A DNA stretch of 37,645 nt from an uncultured Candidatus Saccharibacteria bacterium (GCA_964639445.1 CAZXDA010000002.1:1-37645); one strand, 5' to 3'; positions 7,856-15,778 are shown, numbered from the stretch's first letter. The notes: generated from the letters alone by a model not told the origin. A program made the numbers and translations.

Positions 7856-9892
7856 GTGGATTTATCAACACCGATTGAAGAACTAAAGGGGGTGGGGGAT
7901 GAGCTGGCTAAAAAACTGCTCGTTCTTGGCATTAAGACTGTCGGTGATTTGATCACCAACTACCCGCGAAAGTATGAAGACTATTCGCACGTCATTGCCA
8001 TCAAAAATCTCAAGCCCGGACAAGTAACCCTAGAAGCCGAAATCAGCCAAGTCACCGGCCGCTATGTGCGGCGCGGACTCCATATTACTGAAGCCATTGC
8101 TACAGATAAAACCGGAAGTATCAGGCTCGTTTGGTTTAATCAACCGTACCGAGCAAGCGGTATTAAACGCAATCAGCCATATTACATTGCCGGTGAGTTT
8201 GCGCTGCGCCGCGGTCGATTCTCAATTACCAATCCATCAGTTGAACTGGTAAGTGGTTTTCCGGTTAACACCGCGCGCATCATCCCGATTTACCGCGAGA
8301 CCAAGGGATTAAAGTCTTTTACTATACGCAAGCTCATCCGCCAGGCGCTGACTGATGTCGGAGATTTGGGTGACCATTTGCCGCAGTGGCTTACAGAAGA
8401 GCAAAAGCTGAGGGGTTATGCCGACGCTGTAATGGAAATGCATTTTCCGTCATCGGCTGAGGCATTGACTAAGGCAAAGCGGCGGCTGGGGTTCGAAGAA
8501 GTTTTTGAGCTGACACTGGCGGCCTTACTTAACAAATACGAACTTTATAAAAATAAGGCGTTAGCAATCCCGTTTCACGATGAGTTGGCACGTAATTTTG
8601 TGTCTAAATTGCCATTTAAATTAACTGATGCTCAACGCAAAGCTACATGGCGGATTTATCAGGATATGGCTAAGCGGCAGCCGATGAACCGACTGCTTGA
8701 GGGTGATGTTGGTTCCGGCAAAACGGTTGTGGCGGCGATGGCGGCACTAATGGCGCTTAAACAGGGTTTTCAGGTGGCCTTGATGGCGCCCACAGAGATT
8801 TTGGCTCGCCAGCATGCCGACAACCTTTATAAATTACTAGCCAATGTTGATTATCAAAATCATGTAGGGTTGCTGATTGGCGGACTAAAGCCCAAACAAA
8901 AGCTCGAGGCTCGAAAGCGAATCGCCAGCGGTGACATTAACTTCATTGTTGGAACGCATGCGCTGATTGCAGAGCAGGTGGACATACACAATTTAGGGTT
9001 AATAATCGTTGATGAACAACACCGCTTTGGTGTTGAGCAACGCAAAAAGCTGCAAGCCAAAGCCGGCCACATGCCGCACGTGCTGCACATGACTGCCACG
9101 CCGATTCCACGAAGTCTGGCGCTAACACTTTATGGCGAACTTGATATTTCGATTTTAGACGAGCTGCCAGCCGGCCGTAAAAGAATTATCACTAGAATTT
9201 GGTCGCCGAATTCCAGAACCCAACTTAATAAGATTCTTGACAAAGAACTCTCGGCCGGGCGGCAAGTATTCGTTGTCGGCCCGCTTATCTTAGACACAGA
9301 CTTGAGTAAGGGGCTGTCTGTTGAAGAAGTTTTTGAGCGTGTCAGCAAGCATGAGTTTAAACACCGGCGAGTCGGTCTGCTGCACGGCAAGTTAAAATTG
9401 GCTGAAAAAGACAAAATCATGCAAAAATTTGCTAATCACGAGTTTGATATTTTAGTCAGCACGACTGTTATTGAAGTCGGCGTGGACGTGCCCAATACCA
9501 CTGTCATGGTGATAGAAGGGGCGGAACGATTTGGCCTGGCGCAAATTCATCAACTGCGTGGTCGCGTTGGCCGCAGCGAACACCAAAGCTATTGTTATCT
9601 CATTCCAAGTGATAGCCAAGATCCCGGACTGCGCCTACGAGCACTGGAGACAATGAGCGATGGTTTCAAGCTGGCGGAATTGGATCTGCAGCTGCGCGGC
9701 CCCGGCGCCATTTACGGCACCATGCAGCATGGAGCATTGGATTTGCGAGTAGCCAATCTAGCCGACATTAGGCTAATCGCCGCTGCCCGGACTGCTGCTC
9801 AAGAGTTTATAGACAAAAATGAGCGCCTCAAAAATTATCCAGAACTTGCCAAGCGTATCTCTACCCTCAGAGCCGTAACTAATCTAAACTAG
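7856..9892 (+). CDS. recG: ATP-dependent DNA helicase RecG
   Basis: It has an N-terminal wedge/OB region and helicase motifs GDVGSGKT, DEQHRFG and HQLRGRVGR. The start is GTG. Confidence 0.93.
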   Translation: MDLSTPIEELKGVGDELAKKLLVLGIKTVGDLITNYPRKYEDYSHVIAIKNLKPGQVTLEAEISQVTGRYVRRGLHITEAIATDKTGSIRLVWFNQPYRASGIKRNQPYYIAGEFALRRGRFSITNPSVELVSGFPVNTARIIPIYRETKGLKSFTIRKLIRQALTDVGDLGDHLPQWLTEEQKLRGYADAVMEMHFPSSAEALTKAKRRLGFEEVFELTLAALLNKYELYKNKALAIPFHDELARNFVSKLPFKLTDAQRKATWRIYQDMAKRQPMNRLLEGDVGSGKTVVAAMAALMALKQGFQVALMAPTEILARQHADNLYKLLANVDYQNHVGLLIGGLKPKQKLEARKRIASGDINFIVGTHALIAEQVDIHNLGLIIVDEQHRFGVEQRKKLQAKAGHMPHVLHMTATPIPRSLALTLYGELDISILDELPAGRKRIITRIWSPNSRTQLNKILDKELSAGRQVFVVGPLILDTDLSKGLSVEEVFERVSKHEFKHRRVGLLHGKLKLAEKDKIMQKFANHEFDILVSTTVIEVGVDVPNTTVMVIEGAERFGLAQIHQLRGRVGRSEHQSYCYLIPSDSQDPGLRLRALETMSDGFKLAELDLQLRGPGAIYGTMQHGALDLRVANLADIRLIAAARTAAQEFIDKNERLKNYPELAKRISTLRAVTNLN

Positions 9893-9896
9893 TTAT

Positions 9897-10433
9897 ATGC
9901 GCATAATTGCTGGGGCTTTGAGGGGGAGGGCTTTTAATGATCCGCCACGTTTTACCTACAACCCGATGAGCGAAAAAATGCGCGGAGCGCTTTTTAATAC
10001 TCTTGGTAATATTGAGGGTTTGAGCGTTTTAGATCCTTTTGGTGGCACTGGTGCCCTGAGCTTTGAGGCTGTCAGCCGCGGTGCTGCCGACATTCAAATA
10101 ATCGAACATGACAGACGCGCCTATGACAACATCCTCAAAAATATCGAGATTCTAGACGTAGGCACAAAAGTCAAAGCGACCCATGCTAACGCCTCCGGCT
10201 GGAGCGACCGCAACTCCGATGAAAAATTCGACCTTGTGTTGATGGACCCACCTTATGACAATATTCAGCCGGCGATTCTGGAAAAACTGGCCGCTCATGC
10301 CAAACCCGGCGGCGTCATCGTCATCTCCAAACCACCTCGAATCGACCTCACTCTACCGTCTACTGTCTACCGTCTACTGTCTACTAAGTCCTACGGCGAC
10401 GGCCAACTGGCCTTCTATCGTAAAATTAAATAA
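9897..10433 (+). CDS. rsmD: 16S rRNA (guanine966-N2)-methyltransferase RsmD
   Basis: The SAM-binding motif DPFGGTGALSFEAVSRGA and the LMDPPY motif are present. The length is about 180 aa. Confidence 0.85.
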   Translation: MRIIAGALRGRAFNDPPRFTYNPMSEKMRGALFNTLGNIEGLSVLDPFGGTGALSFEAVSRGAADIQIIEHDRRAYDNILKNIEILDVGTKVKATHANASGWSDRNSDEKFDLVLMDPPYDNIQPAILEKLAAHAKPGGVIVISKPPRIDLTLPSTVYRLLSTKSYGDGQLAFYRKIK

Positions 10434-10435
10434 GC

Positions 10436-11035
10436 ATGAAGCTATTTGCCGTAGTTTTCGCAGGCGTCCCTGGCACTTCGAAAACCATAATTGCCAATTA
10501 TCTTTCTGGTAAATTCGGCCTGCCATTTTTCAATAACGACCAATTAAGATACGAAGTTAGAGAAGACCTGCTCGTCGACAACATAAATGTTCCTCACGCT
10601 CTGGCAGAGTTTGAAAGACGTTTAACTAAGCGGCTGGATGAGTTCTTGGCCACGGGGCGGCCAATAATTATAGATGGTAGCGTAGATAGAAGATGGCCCG
10701 AGCGCAAGGCCCAGCTGCAAGAACATGGTTACGGATGGTTTTTAATCAATATGGAGCTGTCGCGGCCGTTCCTGGAAAATCTTTTTTCAAAAACCGGTCG
10801 GGCCGATTGGACTGGCGATTATCTTGATCGTTATTTTCCTCAGCATGAAGAATTTATGCGCCAACACAGCTGGGAGATCAACCTTCAAATTACAGACGAA
10901 ACTTTTCCAAAGAGATTACGAATTGCCGCCGATACTCTGCAAAAATTTATAGACAGTCTAGATGGTGGTCCTAAGAGGGGTACTTTCAAACACCTCCCTC
11001 AGCGACCTCCTCCAGTGTCTCACGGAGCGGCATAG
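10436..11035 (+). CDS. Small P-loop NTPase/kinase-like protein (AAA_33/zeta-toxin-like fold is inferred only)
   Basis: It has Walker A GVPGTSKT at residues 10-17 and a Walker-B-like IIIDGS. Its ATG lies 2 nt after the rsmD stop. The last ~25 codons read into the compositionally foreign segment. Confidence 0.6.
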   Translation: MKLFAVVFAGVPGTSKTIIANYLSGKFGLPFFNNDQLRYEVREDLLVDNINVPHALAEFERRLTKRLDEFLATGRPIIIDGSVDRRWPERKAQLQEHGYGWFLINMELSRPFLENLFSKTGRADWTGDYLDRYFPQHEEFMRQHSWEINLQITDETFPKRLRIAADTLQKFIDSLDGGPKRGTFKHLPQRPPPVSHGAA

Positions 11036-11300
11036 CAGCCAAGAGCGCCACCGCCCGCGGACACGGGCTGGTTGGCCAGACGGGAGACGAGCGTTCGGCA
11101 CCGTCAGTGGTGCGATCGTGTCTGTACTCGGGGCTCATGGCGGCGAGATGAGCACGCTGGAGATCCGAGCCGGCGTTGAAGAACTGCTCGGCGGCCACGT
11201 ATCAAGGCACTCCGTCTCAGACTTCTTACTTACCCGCTCAAAGGGGGCAAAGCCACTCTTTGAGCGTACTCGCCACGGGTACTACCGTCTGCTGCGTTGA
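10962..11300 (+). CDS. Winged-helix (Mrr_N/HARE-HTH-like) ORF in the high-GC fragment; the start is uncertain and it may be a gene fragment
   Basis: The C-terminal 65 aa, GAIVSVLGAHGGEMSTLEIRAGVEELLGGHVSRHSVSDFLLTRSKGAKPLFERTRHGYYRLL, look like a wHTH ending in the typical R-x-G-x-Y-R-L. Third codon positions are GC-rich. Confidence 0.4.
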   Translation: MVVLRGVLSNTSLSDLLQCLTERHSSQERHRPRTRAGWPDGRRAFGTVSGAIVSVLGAHGGEMSTLEIRAGVEELLGGHVSRHSVSDFLLTRSKGAKPLFERTRHGYYRLLR

Positions 11301-11680
11301 GAAAGCCTGTGAGATCTCTGGGTGGGAGATCGCCTCCGATGTCGGGCGGCAGCTCGGGGAGTTGGCCGTCGTCCGGGTCGAGATGAGGAAGCTTCTGTCT
11401 CACCATGCGCTCGGAGGCAGCCAGCCAGCTTTAGGATTGGGTTCTTTGGTATTCCAACTACTCGGATCTGTCGTTGAGTAGAACGAACTACCTTAGAACG
11501 TGCCCTGGCTACTGAGCCATTGGGGTTCTTGATCTTATACTGTCTTGAAGATCTCTCACGAGGGTGAGTTTTGGCTTCCTTGATTAGCTTCTGTAGCTTC
11601 TCGAGCTCTCGTCCATCAGCTAGCCAAGCAATTGCCTCGTCCATTAGTTTTCGGTACTCAGGGTCATTCCGATCAACCAT
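11282..11680 (-). CDS. Hypothetical small protein with a helical N-terminal part; the Arg-rich C-terminal tail is probably read-through into antisense of the high-GC fragment
   Basis: The internal ATG at 11680 (MVDRNDPEYRKLMDEAIAWLADGRELEKLQKLIKEAK) lies 5 nt after the stop of the upstream ORF. The tail (RPGRRPTPRAAARHRRR) is low complexity. Confidence 0.3.
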   Translation of the reverse strand: MVDRNDPEYRKLMDEAIAWLADGRELEKLQKLIKEAKTHPRERSSRQYKIKNPNGSVARARSKVVRSTQRQIRVVGIPKNPILKLAGCLRAHGETEASSSRPGRRPTPRAAARHRRRSPTQRSHRLSQRSRR

Positions 11681-11685
11681 CTCTA

Positions 11686-12450
11686 TTAGATGTTCGTCTT
11701 GGGTCCAGTAAACCAAGACTTAAGCCTTTGAGCCAGGCTCCTTATAGCAGCTAGACGTTTCAGCTTTATTCCTACGGATGTGAGCGAGAGATTTGTTTCG
11801 ATCGTGCTCAGCACGGCTTTCGCATCATTCACGGGCTTAATGGGGTTGTGGAAATAGGTGTGCTTTTCATCGACGTTTGTATACGTTTCTATGAGTGTCT
11901 TACGCCTATTGATATATGCATCTTCTAGTGCTGGCTTGTCGTTATCTTTTGCCTCTACCATCTTGTCTGCGTGCTCTCGTGCGTATTCAGCAAGCACTCG
12001 ATAGAGATTCGAAGCCCAGTTGCGGTGGTTAGCCTTAAAGAGTGAGTTGTTGTAGACGACAGCTTCGTCGTATCGTCTGCACTTATCGTAGAAGTCTGTG
12101 ATCTTGTCCCACTCGTTTCTGTCAAAGTCTCGAACGAAGTGATATCGATATTTCTCCCAGCTCGAGTTCTTCATAAGGAAGATCGTCTCTGGGAGTGTGT
12201 CAGGTAACTGTGCCTGAGTTTGGTTGACGGCTTGGAGCTGCTGCTCGGCGCTCTCTATCTCAAGCAAGATGACGTTTGCAGCGTCTCGCTTTACATCTCG
12301 TCTCCTTCTTCGATACACGCTGTAGGCTGCTACCCCGACGCCGAGAGCCACCAGACCAACGAAGAAATTTGAATAGAAGAAGTTGCCGAGATGGTGCCAG
12401 AATGTAACTTTCACATTTCTATAGTGCGCGCTACATGGCCTCTCTTGCAA
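11686..12450 (-). CDS. Hypothetical single-pass membrane protein with no recognisable family
   Basis: It is a 254-codon ORF with one TM helix (FFVGLVALGVGVAAYSVY) followed by RRRRRD, then a helical soluble domain. Codons strongly prefer C endings (aac, gac, ttc, tac), unlike the neighbouring genes. The start is TTG at 12450 or GTG at 12414. Confidence 0.55.
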   Translation of the reverse strand: MQERPCSAHYRNVKVTFWHHLGNFFYSNFFVGLVALGVGVAAYSVYRRRRRDVKRDAANVILLEIESAEQQLQAVNQTQAQLPDTLPETIFLMKNSSWEKYRYHFVRDFDRNEWDKITDFYDKCRRYDEAVVYNNSLFKANHRNWASNLYRVLAEYAREHADKMVEAKDNDKPALEDAYINRRKTLIETYTNVDEKHTYFHNPIKPVNDAKAVLSTIETNLSLTSVGIKLKRLAAIRSLAQRLKSWFTGPKTNI

Positions 12451-12522
12451 GCATGAGCATCTTCGGGATGGTTTGAGTTAAAAGATGGACCTCCACTTAT
12501 CTGAGCATAGAGGACTCAAACC

Positions 12523-12546
12523 AAAAAGACCTCGGTTACAGAGGCC
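12523..12546 (-). terminator. Rho-independent-type terminator downstream of tRNA-Leu
   Basis: On the minus strand the sequence reads GGCCTC-tgtaacc-GAGGTC followed by TTTTT. It begins 35 nt after the tRNA CCA end. Confidence 0.5.
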
Positions 12547-12580
12547 GTCGGATATACGTGTTGTCTAAGCTGAAAACTGT

Positions 12581-12666
12581 TGGTGGGCGAGAGAGGACTT
12601 GAACCTCCATGGGATTGCTCCCACTAGGTCCTAAACCTAGCGTGTCTACCATTCCACCACTCGCCC
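12581..12666 (-). tRNA. tRNA-Leu(UAG), 86 nt, long variable arm, encoded CCA
   Basis: Hand-folded structure: acceptor GGGCGAG/CTCGCCC, U8, D-stem GTG/CAC with a GG loop, anticodon stem CTAGG/CCTAG with loop TT-TAG-GA, variable arm GGGA-GCAA-TCCC, T-arm GGAGG-TTCAAGT-CCTCT, discriminator A and CCA. Confidence 0.9.
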
Positions 12667-12685
12667 ACTACTGGCTGCCAGTACT

Positions 12686-12694
12686 ATTTTACCA
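12686..12694 (-). promoter_or_regulatory. Extended -10 box TGgTAAAAT upstream of tRNA-Leu
   Basis: The reverse complement of 12686-12694 reads TGGTAAAAT, 19 nt upstream of the mature tRNA 5' end. Confidence 0.4.
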
Positions 12695-12708
12695 GTTTTC
12701 CCGCTGCT

Positions 12709-12735
12709 GTACGTTATAATTTAATTATAACGTAC
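12709..12735. repeat. Perfect 27-bp palindrome (13-bp arms, 1-nt centre)
   Basis: The sequence is GTACGTTATAATT-T-AATTATAACGTAC. It lies between the membrane-protein stop (12748) and the tRNA-Leu 5' end. Confidence 0.85.
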
Positions 12736-12747
12736 GACTAGTACAGA

Positions 12748-13476
12748 CTACCCCTGAACTTTCTTGAGTTCTTGATAACGCAAAGCAGGCGCGACCGAAT
12801 AGAGCATCAATAGCGCAAACGAGATCAACCAGCCGATAAATGGAATTATTGAAATTAAGCTAAACAAAATCCCAACCAAAACTACACCCCAGATGGCGCT
12901 AAACGGTTTGCTAATGGCGGCACTTTTGTCCATAGCTTCGCGGATGCCGATTTTTTGGTCGAGCATCACATAGGGCGCCAGATAATACCGTTTGACCATA
13001 AACAAGCCGGGAATAATCAATAGAATAAAACCGACAATAATTACTAATGTAGTAACTATGTAGAGCCCCAGTATTCGCCACCCGAGCTCCTTAACCGTGG
13101 CCCACAGTTTATCAAATGTCGGCGTTTTATCTTGGGCGGCGTCAAGCTGGGCTCTTTGCGCCATAATTTGGGCGATTGTGCCCACCGCTACACTTATAAG
13201 AAGCCAAAAGATCGTGAAGCCTACAAAAGAATAGTTTAAAAAGACCGGGCCTGGGCCGGACGGCGTACTGACATAGTTATAATTCCACCAATGGCGGCCG
13301 GCTTCGGGTTTGGCCGGCGTCCATATCCAGGAATGGATAGAAAAAAGCACAAAAACCGCGTAAATCGGCCCAAATATCCAAATGTGCTTTAATACTAAGT
13401 CTTTACTTGGCTTAAAAAGATCCCAAGCCGGCGTATAGGCAAGCGGCGAGCCGCGGCGAGGTCTGGGTTTTGACAT
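12748..13476 (-). CDS. Hypothetical polytopic membrane protein
   Basis: The 242 aa protein has about 5-6 hydrophobic helices (IWIFGPIYAVFVLFSI, FTIFWLLISVAVGTIAQI, LGLYIVTTLVIIVGFILLIIPGLF, IWGVVLVGILFSLISIIPFIGWLISFALLML). Confidence 0.75.
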   Translation of the reverse strand: MSKPRPRRGSPLAYTPAWDLFKPSKDLVLKHIWIFGPIYAVFVLFSIHSWIWTPAKPEAGRHWWNYNYVSTPSGPGPVFLNYSFVGFTIFWLLISVAVGTIAQIMAQRAQLDAAQDKTPTFDKLWATVKELGWRILGLYIVTTLVIIVGFILLIIPGLFMVKRYYLAPYVMLDQKIGIREAMDKSAAISKPFSAIWGVVLVGILFSLISIIPFIGWLISFALLMLYSVAPALRYQELKKVQG

Positions 13477-13481
13477 ACTAG

Positions 13482-13494
13482 TGCTAAAATAGCA
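13482..13494. promoter_or_regulatory. Palindromic bidirectional extended -10 element TGCTAAAATAGCA
   Basis: The plus strand reads TGcTAAAAT, ending 7 nt before the hisS ATG (13498). The minus strand reads TGcTATTTT, ending 9 nt before the membrane-protein ATG (13476). The whole intergenic gap is 21 bp. Confidence 0.5.
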
Positions 13495-13497
13495 TTA

Positions 13498-14709
13498 ATG
13501 CCTCTCTCTACACAACCATATAAAGGTGCGCGCGACTTTTATCCTGAGGATAAACGCCTCCAGAAATATATATTTGGAAAGCTACGACAGGTTGTAGAAA
13601 GATTTGGTTATGATGAATATGACGCGCCGCTTTTGGAGCCGTTTGAAATTTATGCTGCCAAGAGCGGCGAAGAGTTGGTTAATGAGCAGATTTACAGCTT
13701 TGAAGACCGTGGCGGACGCAAAATAGCTATTCGGCCAGAGATGACACCATCCGTCAGCCGAATGGTGGCCGCACGCCGGCAAGAACTGGCCTATCCACTA
13801 CGTTGGTATTCGATCCCTAACCTTTGGCGCTATGAGCGCCCGCAACGCGGCCGCCTGCGCGAACACTACCAGCTGAACGTTGATGTTTTTGGTGTCGAAG
13901 GCATCGAGGCCGAGCACGAAATCATTTTGATTGCCGATTCAATCCTAAAAGCATTAGGCGCTAAGCCCAAGATGTACGAAATCCGTATCAATAGCCGAAA
14001 GCATCTAAACGAGCAGCTTGATAATCTTGGCTTAAGCTCCGAACAAAAACACCAGTGTCTACAACTACTTGATAGGCAGGCCAAAATCGATCCGGAAGAA
14101 TTCAAGATCAGTTTTAAAGAAATAGTGGGGGAAGATAAAGCCAGGCAGCTGCTAGACTTTCTTGAAAATCGTCAAGCGCCGGAAGCAATGTCTAAATTAC
14201 TTGACTTGTTAAGTAATTCTGGCGTCAGTAGTGCCGTTTTTGATCCCAATATCATTCGCGGGCTGGAGTACTACACAGATATTGTTTTTGAAGTGTTTGA
14301 TACTGATCCGGAGAATAATCGGGCAATGTTTGGTGGTGGCCGCTATGATGGGCTGGTGGCCGAATTTGGCGTAGAGCCGGTACCGACGGTGGGCTTTGGC
14401 ATGGGAGACGTGACGCTAAAAAATTTCCTGGAAGGACATAAGCTTCTGCCGAAATTGGAATCAGAAATTGAGGCTCGGATAATTCTGATAGGCGATGTTT
14501 ATAAACAGGCCCAGCCGTTGCTTGCCAAATTGCGCCAAAAAATGAACGTGGCTATAGATTTAACCGACCGCAAAATCGATAACAAAATCCGCGCAGCCGA
14601 AAAAGCCGGCGTTAAGGAAGTAATTTTTATCGGCGAAAAAGAAGTTGCCTCAAACTCCGCCCGTGTTAAGGATTTATCTTCGGGCAAAGAAAAAGAACTT
14701 CAGTTATAA
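13498..14709 (+). CDS. hisS: Histidyl-tRNA synthetase
   Basis: Class II motifs are present: RPEMTPSVSRM, RWYSIPNLWRYERPQRGRLREHYQLNVDVFG and GGGRYDGL. There is a C-terminal anticodon-binding domain. Confidence 0.9.
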   Translation: MPLSTQPYKGARDFYPEDKRLQKYIFGKLRQVVERFGYDEYDAPLLEPFEIYAAKSGEELVNEQIYSFEDRGGRKIAIRPEMTPSVSRMVAARRQELAYPLRWYSIPNLWRYERPQRGRLREHYQLNVDVFGVEGIEAEHEIILIADSILKALGAKPKMYEIRINSRKHLNEQLDNLGLSSEQKHQCLQLLDRQAKIDPEEFKISFKEIVGEDKARQLLDFLENRQAPEAMSKLLDLLSNSGVSSAVFDPNIIRGLEYYTDIVFEVFDTDPENNRAMFGGGRYDGLVAEFGVEPVPTVGFGMGDVTLKNFLEGHKLLPKLESEIEARIILIGDVYKQAQPLLAKLRQKMNVAIDLTDRKIDNKIRAAEKAGVKEVIFIGEKEVASNSARVKDLSSGKEKELQL

Positions 14710-14719
14710 TCATTGAGTC

Positions 14720-15730
14720 ATGAGAGTGGAGAAAACGGATGTAAGTCCGACTAGAATTAAACTTGTGATTTCGGCTGATACCGCCGACCTTGGACCAATC
14801 AAACAGCACACTTTGGCGCATTTTAGGCACACGGTAAAGGTGCCTGGCTTTAGAGCTGGCACGGCACCAATGGCTCTGATTGAGAAGCATGTTGAGCAGC
14901 GGCTATTGCTTGATGAATTTATGGAGCATGCGCTTAACCAGTTATACGGTCAAGCGGTGCAGCAGGAAAATTTGCGGCCGGTCGGCCAGCCGAACGTCCA
15001 GATTAAAAAGTTCGTACCTTTTAGTGATATGGGAATCGAAGTCGAGACAGATACTATCGGTAAAATTACACTGCCCGACTACAAAAAGATAAAACTTGAG
15101 AAAAAACCAGCCAGCGCGACTATCAAAGACGTTAACCAGGTCATTAAAGAGTTGAAGCAGAATTTAGTTGAGCAGAAAAAAGCCGATAAGACTATAAAAG
15201 TTGATGATGCTTTTGCCGCTAAAATTGGGCCGTTTAAGACTCTGGCTGAGCTGAAAGCTGACATTAAAAAACATCTAACCTCCCAAAAGCAGCTGGCTGC
15301 TGAGCGCGATTTTGAAAATCGTCTAATTAGCGCAATTGTTGCTAAATCGAAAGTAGAGATACCTGGGAGTATGATTGATGAGGATGTAGCTCGGCTAGAA
15401 GAGGAAGAAAAAAGAGACTTAGTGCTGCGTGGCCAGACATGGGAGGAGCACCTCAAAGATGAAGGAATAACGGAGCAGGAGCACCGCAACAGACAACGGC
15501 CACGCTCTGAAGAACGGATCAAGGCTGGCATCATTTTGGGTGAAATTGCTGATAAAGAGGGTATTTCGGTCGCACCTGGTGAAATCGATACCAGGATTAA
15601 ACTGCTAAAAGGCCAATACAAAGATGAACAAATGCAAGCCGAGCTTGATAAACCGCAAGCCCGCCGCGACATCGAAGCCCGCCTGCTTACCGAAAAGACA
15701 GTCGCCAAGCTCACCGATTACGCTAGTTAA
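14720..15730 (+). CDS. tig: Trigger factor with N- and C-terminal domains only (no PPIase domain)
   Basis: The ribosome-binding motif GFRAGTAP sits in the N-domain and the C-terminal arm domain is colinear with TF. The protein is 336 aa versus about 430 aa for canonical TF. The gene is followed by clpP, as in many bacteria. Confidence 0.85.
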   Translation: MRVEKTDVSPTRIKLVISADTADLGPIKQHTLAHFRHTVKVPGFRAGTAPMALIEKHVEQRLLLDEFMEHALNQLYGQAVQQENLRPVGQPNVQIKKFVPFSDMGIEVETDTIGKITLPDYKKIKLEKKPASATIKDVNQVIKELKQNLVEQKKADKTIKVDDAFAAKIGPFKTLAELKADIKKHLTSQKQLAAERDFENRLISAIVAKSKVEIPGSMIDEDVARLEEEEKRDLVLRGQTWEEHLKDEGITEQEHRNRQRPRSEERIKAGIILGEIADKEGISVAPGEIDTRIKLLKGQYKDEQMQAELDKPQARRDIEARLLTEKTVAKLTDYAS

Positions 15731-15731
15731 A

Positions 15732-15758
15732 TTAGCACTCTTGACCTGCGAGTGCTAA
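15732..15758. promoter_or_regulatory. CIRCE element (HrcA operator), a perfect match to the consensus
   Basis: The sequence is TTAGCACTC (15732-15740), N9 (ttgacctgc), then GAGTGCTAA (15750-15758). This is identical to the TTAGCACTC-N9-GAGTGCTAA consensus. Confidence 0.85.
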
Positions 15759-15771
15759 TTTGTGGTACAAT
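15741..15771 (+). promoter_or_regulatory. Putative clpP promoter: TTGACC - 19 nt - TGgTACAAT
   Basis: The -35-like TTGACC lies inside the CIRCE spacer. The extended -10 TGgTACAAT at 15763-15771 ends 7 nt before the ATG at 15779. Confidence 0.5.
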
Positions 15772-15778
15772 GGAGCGT

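Larger units (their letters stand above)
10960..12580. mobile_element. Compositionally mosaic islet at the 3' end of tRNA-Leu; putative remnant of an integrated element, with no integrase present
   Basis: GC jumps from 22/60 at 10501-10560 to 43/60 at 11041-11100. Codon style differs in 11686-12450. The islet abuts the tRNA 3' end, and a possible degenerate copy of that tRNA end lies at 10963-10997. Confidence 0.45.

Noticed and set aside
10353-10384. A 14-bp tandem duplication (CTACCGTCTACTGT x2 plus a partial unit) inside rsmD.
   Set aside because: The reading frame before and after the repeat gives RsmD-like sequence (LP....KSYGDGQLAFY), so it does not disrupt the gene. I see no evidence for a function beyond a chance or slippage repeat.
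11176-11481. Plus-strand ORF 11176-11481 and minus-strand ORF 10986-11198 in the GC-rich fragment.
   Set aside because: High-GC DNA yields open frames in all phases. Only the 10962-11300 frame gives a recognisable fold (wHTH) and GC-rich third positions.
15079-15714. A 211-aa ORF antisense to tig, plus similar long antisense ORFs at 30793-31323 (tuf), 19499-19858 (rpoB) and 22707-23096 (rpoC).
   Set aside because: They are Ser/Arg/Cys-rich and low-complexity, and lie entirely inside strongly conserved genes on the opposite strand. These are typical shadow ORFs, with no start or SD context supporting them.
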